Shown here piece by piece: positions 61,775 to 64,000 of a DNA stretch of 64,000 nt. A program made the translations under genes and the position numbers. The notes under the pieces were generated by a model that saw only the letters and a list, made by a program, of their open reading frames with translations, was not told where the DNA came from and made no database searches. Source of the DNA: a virus. The stretch is taken from IMG/VR virus record IMGVR_UViG_3300045988_180775; one strand, written 5' to 3'. Every line of letters begins with the position of its first letter. Within the stretch, counting starts at the first letter, position 1.

Positions 61775-62855
61775 GACTACCTCCCAAAAGCGGTTCACCG
61801 TTTATCGTGAGTGAGTGGAAATATTCGTATGTTTTGGGCGTGCTTTTTTTCAGAAGCTGCATGGACTTGCTGCCATCCGAATGTGTCAGCAGATAAGCGA
61901 AATAATCTGCAAAATATTCGTTGCTGCTTGTTTTGGCATAGCTGCGGAAGGGTGCATCTTTTGCTTCTGCGTTGAAGAGTTCCTGACTTCTGGCAGGAAA
62001 GCTGAGCAGTTCCCCTTCTATAAAATGCCCGAACTCATGCAGGACTGCCCCCGCTTCCGAAACATAAATGGTTCGCTCCTGATAGCTGGTGACGCCGGTG
62101 CAGGACACATTATACAGCTTGCCCATTTTCGCCGTATACGCATGGTCGATAACGAGCTTCCATCCGTGCTCATTGAACGCATTGAGGACGGTATCCGGAA
62201 GATAGCGCAGTTCCATAAGATAATCGTTGAGATTCGCGTCAGAGCGATTTTCGCACACGACCGGAGATTTAGGCGCTTCGACCACAAATTGATGTGTCAA
62301 TGTCTCATATAGATAGACAGCCGCCTCTCCCCTCGTTACTCTTTCACCTACGGTCGAGGACGCAGAACATAAGCCCAGCTCTTGTCCAACACGCAGGACA
62401 TTTTCCTCACGGATAAGTGCCTTCCCTCCATAGAGTACATTGTCGTAGACCGGTATCTGTGCGGCATCGAACGCACTTTCCAGAACCGCACTCCGGCAGA
62501 GTTGTGTTTCTGGTGAGACGACAGCAGTCTCACTCAGCCAACCGTTGCCGTAAGCAGCATCCACGCCGCTCTGACTCTGCTCCATCCATCCATTGCCTTT
62601 CATTTGGACACCATAGGCTCGGCAGAGCATGACCGCCCATTGCCGAACGGTAATGGGGGCGTCCGGGGAGAACTGGCCGACGCCAGTCCCTGTGACGATT
62701 TGCCGTTCTGAGTGATAGACAACGCTATCATGATACGGTGCCGTTTCTGGCACATCGGAAAAGCCGGCGTCAGTGGCAGACGCTGTAACGGGAAAAGTCA
62801 GTATCAGCGCCAGAGTAAGAATTGCCAGCGCTGTCCTTCGCAGACCTCGAAACAT
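61749..62855 (-). CDS. secreted SLH-domain zinc metalloprotease (HExxH)
   Basis: Signal peptide MFRGLRRTALAILTLALILTFPVTASA. SLH-like segment (GQFSPDAPITVRQWAVMLCRAYG). VLHEFGHFIEGE zinc-binding motif. Confidence 0.65.
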   Translation of the reverse strand: MFRGLRRTALAILTLALILTFPVTASATDAGFSDVPETAPYHDSVVYHSERQIVTGTGVGQFSPDAPITVRQWAVMLCRAYGVQMKGNGWMEQSQSGVDAAYGNGWLSETAVVSPETQLCRSAVLESAFDAAQIPVYDNVLYGGKALIREENVLRVGQELGLCSASSTVGERVTRGEAAVYLYETLTHQFVVEAPKSPVVCENRSDANLNDYLMELRYLPDTVLNAFNEHGWKLVIDHAYTAKMGKLYNVSCTGVTSYQERTIYVSEAGAVLHEFGHFIEGELLSFPARSQELFNAEAKDAPFRSYAKTSSNEYFADYFAYLLTHSDGSKSMQLLKKSTPKTYEYFHSLTINGEPLLGGSHAEEVKNY

Positions 62856-64000
62856 CAGTCACCGCCTCCTTCCGCAGCCGTCTCAGCGTTTGCGTGGATG
62901 GCATCCCGAATCGTCTCCGCCAGCGCCCTTGCCTGCGCTGCGTATTCGCGCTTTGCGTCGGTCGTCGTGTCAATGTCGGAATCGTCGTGGAGCTTATATT
63001 TGATGGAAATGGACTTATCGGACAAGTCGCCGATTGCGTCCGATTGGTCGATGCCGATTTTGATACGAATATAGGCGGGCGTCAAGGTATCTGCCAGCGT
63101 TTCATCTTCCAAAAGCGCCGCACGGAGGTAATTGAGCTGTTCACCAGCAGGAATCTCCATCAGCTTGGTATATTCGTCGTAGATGCTGACCTGCTCCGCG
63201 TTCAGGATATCGCACACAATGACATTCTGCATTTCGTAGGTGTCAATGGAAACACTTTGATAGATGGTCGTCTGATGCGTCATTCCGGGAATGTCCGGAG
63301 AATCATCCGGGGCTTCCGTCTGCCGGACAGTCTCCTTTTTAATCGTCATATCAACTTTCGCGCCAAAATTGAGGAGAACGCTGGTCGCGGTTTCATCGTC
63401 CAGAGGGGCAGTCACATAGACCTTCCCCTGTTGCTCATTCACCCACGGATTCTTCGGCGGCGTGTATGCACTCGCTACATTGTTGTATGCGAGATACTGG
63501 CCGGTCGGGATATATGCGGTAGCATACTTGCCGATAAGGCTGGAAGCACGGTTATACTGGTAGATATTCGTTCCGCCCAGAGTAATTTGATTGTAGCTCT
63601 CTGCGCTGATGGTGGCGCTCTGAATGACGTCTTCCGTGATAACATCTCCCGGAATCAGGTCCTGCTTGACCTGAATGACCTGTATCGTGTTCAAGGACGG
63701 GTCTGGTTCATCCACGGGTTCCTGATTTTCAATCGGCGTAGGGTTAGACGGTGTATCATTGCCGCCGAAAAGCACACTGCTCGCAATGGAGCCGATGATG
63801 AACAACACCATCATCCCGCCGATGATGACAAGCAGCTTCTTCCTGGTCAGCGGAATTTTCTCAAATAGCGGCTGCTCCAAAGATTCCTTCAAGGCGTCCA
63901 ACCTGCTCCTACCGTCCTCAGATTCATCCTCAACATCGGATTTGGCCTTCCTGCGCAGCCACCTCCTTTTCCCACTTTCCTCTTCCTCACCGTTCTCTTC
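62855..64000 (-). CDS. membrane-anchored CpaB/RcpC-like (SAF-domain) protein, possibly 5'-truncated by window end
   Basis: N-terminal TM (LLVIIGGMMVLFIIGSIASSVLF) then IQVIQVKQDLIPGDVITEDVI, reminiscent of CpaB SAF domain. The open frame continues upstream to position 64000. Confidence 0.4.
   Translation of the reverse strand, partial: EENGEEEESGKRRWLRRKAKSDVEDESEDGRSRLDALKESLEQPLFEKIPLTRKKLLVIIGGMMVLFIIGSIASSVLFGGNDTPSNPTPIENQEPVDEPDPSLNTIQVIQVKQDLIPGDVITEDVIQSATISAESYNQITLGGTNIYQYNRASSLIGKYATAYIPTGQYLAYNNVASAYTPPKNPWVNEQQGKVYVTAPLDDETATSVLLNFGAKVDMTIKKETVRQTEAPDDSPDIPGMTHQTTIYQSVSIDTYEMQNVIVCDILNAEQVSIYDEYTKLMEIPAGEQLNYLRAALLEDETLADTLTPAYIRIKIGIDQSDAIGDLSDKSISIKYKLHDDSDIDTTTDAKREYAAQARALAETIRDAIHANAETAAEGGGD

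Noticed and set aside
1-64000. CRISPR arrays, tRNA/rRNA genes, integrase and att sites
   Set aside because: No regularly spaced short direct repeats with unique spacers. No cloverleaf-compatible tRNA-like segments noticed in the few ORF-free gaps (22178-22560, 37013-37303 inspected). No tyrosine or serine recombinase motifs among the ORFs in this window.

Overview
This 64-kb window is densely coding and every credible gene (about 75) lies on the minus strand. Ribosome-binding sites are Firmicutes/Clostridia style (AAGGAGA at 7-10 nt). I found no rRNA, tRNA, CRISPR array, integrase or capsid/terminase/tail genes. The content looks like a mosaic mobile element.

Module 1, conjugation (38.7-54.7 kb): a Gram-positive-type T4SS with a VirB4-like ATPase, a VirD4/TraG coupling protein, a large VirB6/TcpH-like membrane protein, a CHAP plus lysozyme-like cell-wall hydrolase, a CHC2/Toprim primase and small membrane proteins. 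An S1-domain protein and a type I signal peptidase are embedded in the module. No relaxase is recognisable.

Module 2, phage-like replication/recombination genes scattered through the window: a YqaJ-like exonuclease (partial, at the window start), an ERF single-strand annealing protein, DUF1064, an UvrD-family helicase, uracil-DNA glycosylase, an ASCH protein and an element-encoded sigma-70 family factor.

Module 3, accessory genes: a radical-SAM enzyme, a frameshifted ATP-grasp-like gene, a MoxR/CobS-like AAA+ ATPase paired with a VWA protein carrying an HExxH motif, a flotillin, a NERD-domain membrane protein, a YwbE (DUF2196) protein fused to a zinc ribbon, an XRE regulator, two SLH-domain secreted hydrolases and a CpaB-like protein at the window end.

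Two families of repeated non-coding elements organise the locus. The first is seven copies of a 165-190 bp conserved intergenic cassette, always immediately upstream of a start codon and usually just after a strong terminator. Each copy contains phased GGTTC/GAACC repeats (a perfect palindrome in copy 6), a fixed hairpin, a second hairpin whose arms covary between copies, a U-rich tract and a near-identical translation-initiation region. The second family is seven copies of a near-consensus sigma-A promoter (TTGACA/T, 17 nt, then extended -10 TGGTATAAT) with a conserved spacer.

I also found a candidate type I toxin-antitoxin. It is an unannotated 28-aa hydrophobic peptide with a sequestered SD, facing a convergently transcribed roughly 90-nt small RNA with a shared terminator. 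A 290-bp A-tract and palindrome region upstream of a large hypothetical protein is a candidate origin.

Every functional call rests on motifs read by eye. None has been checked against a database.
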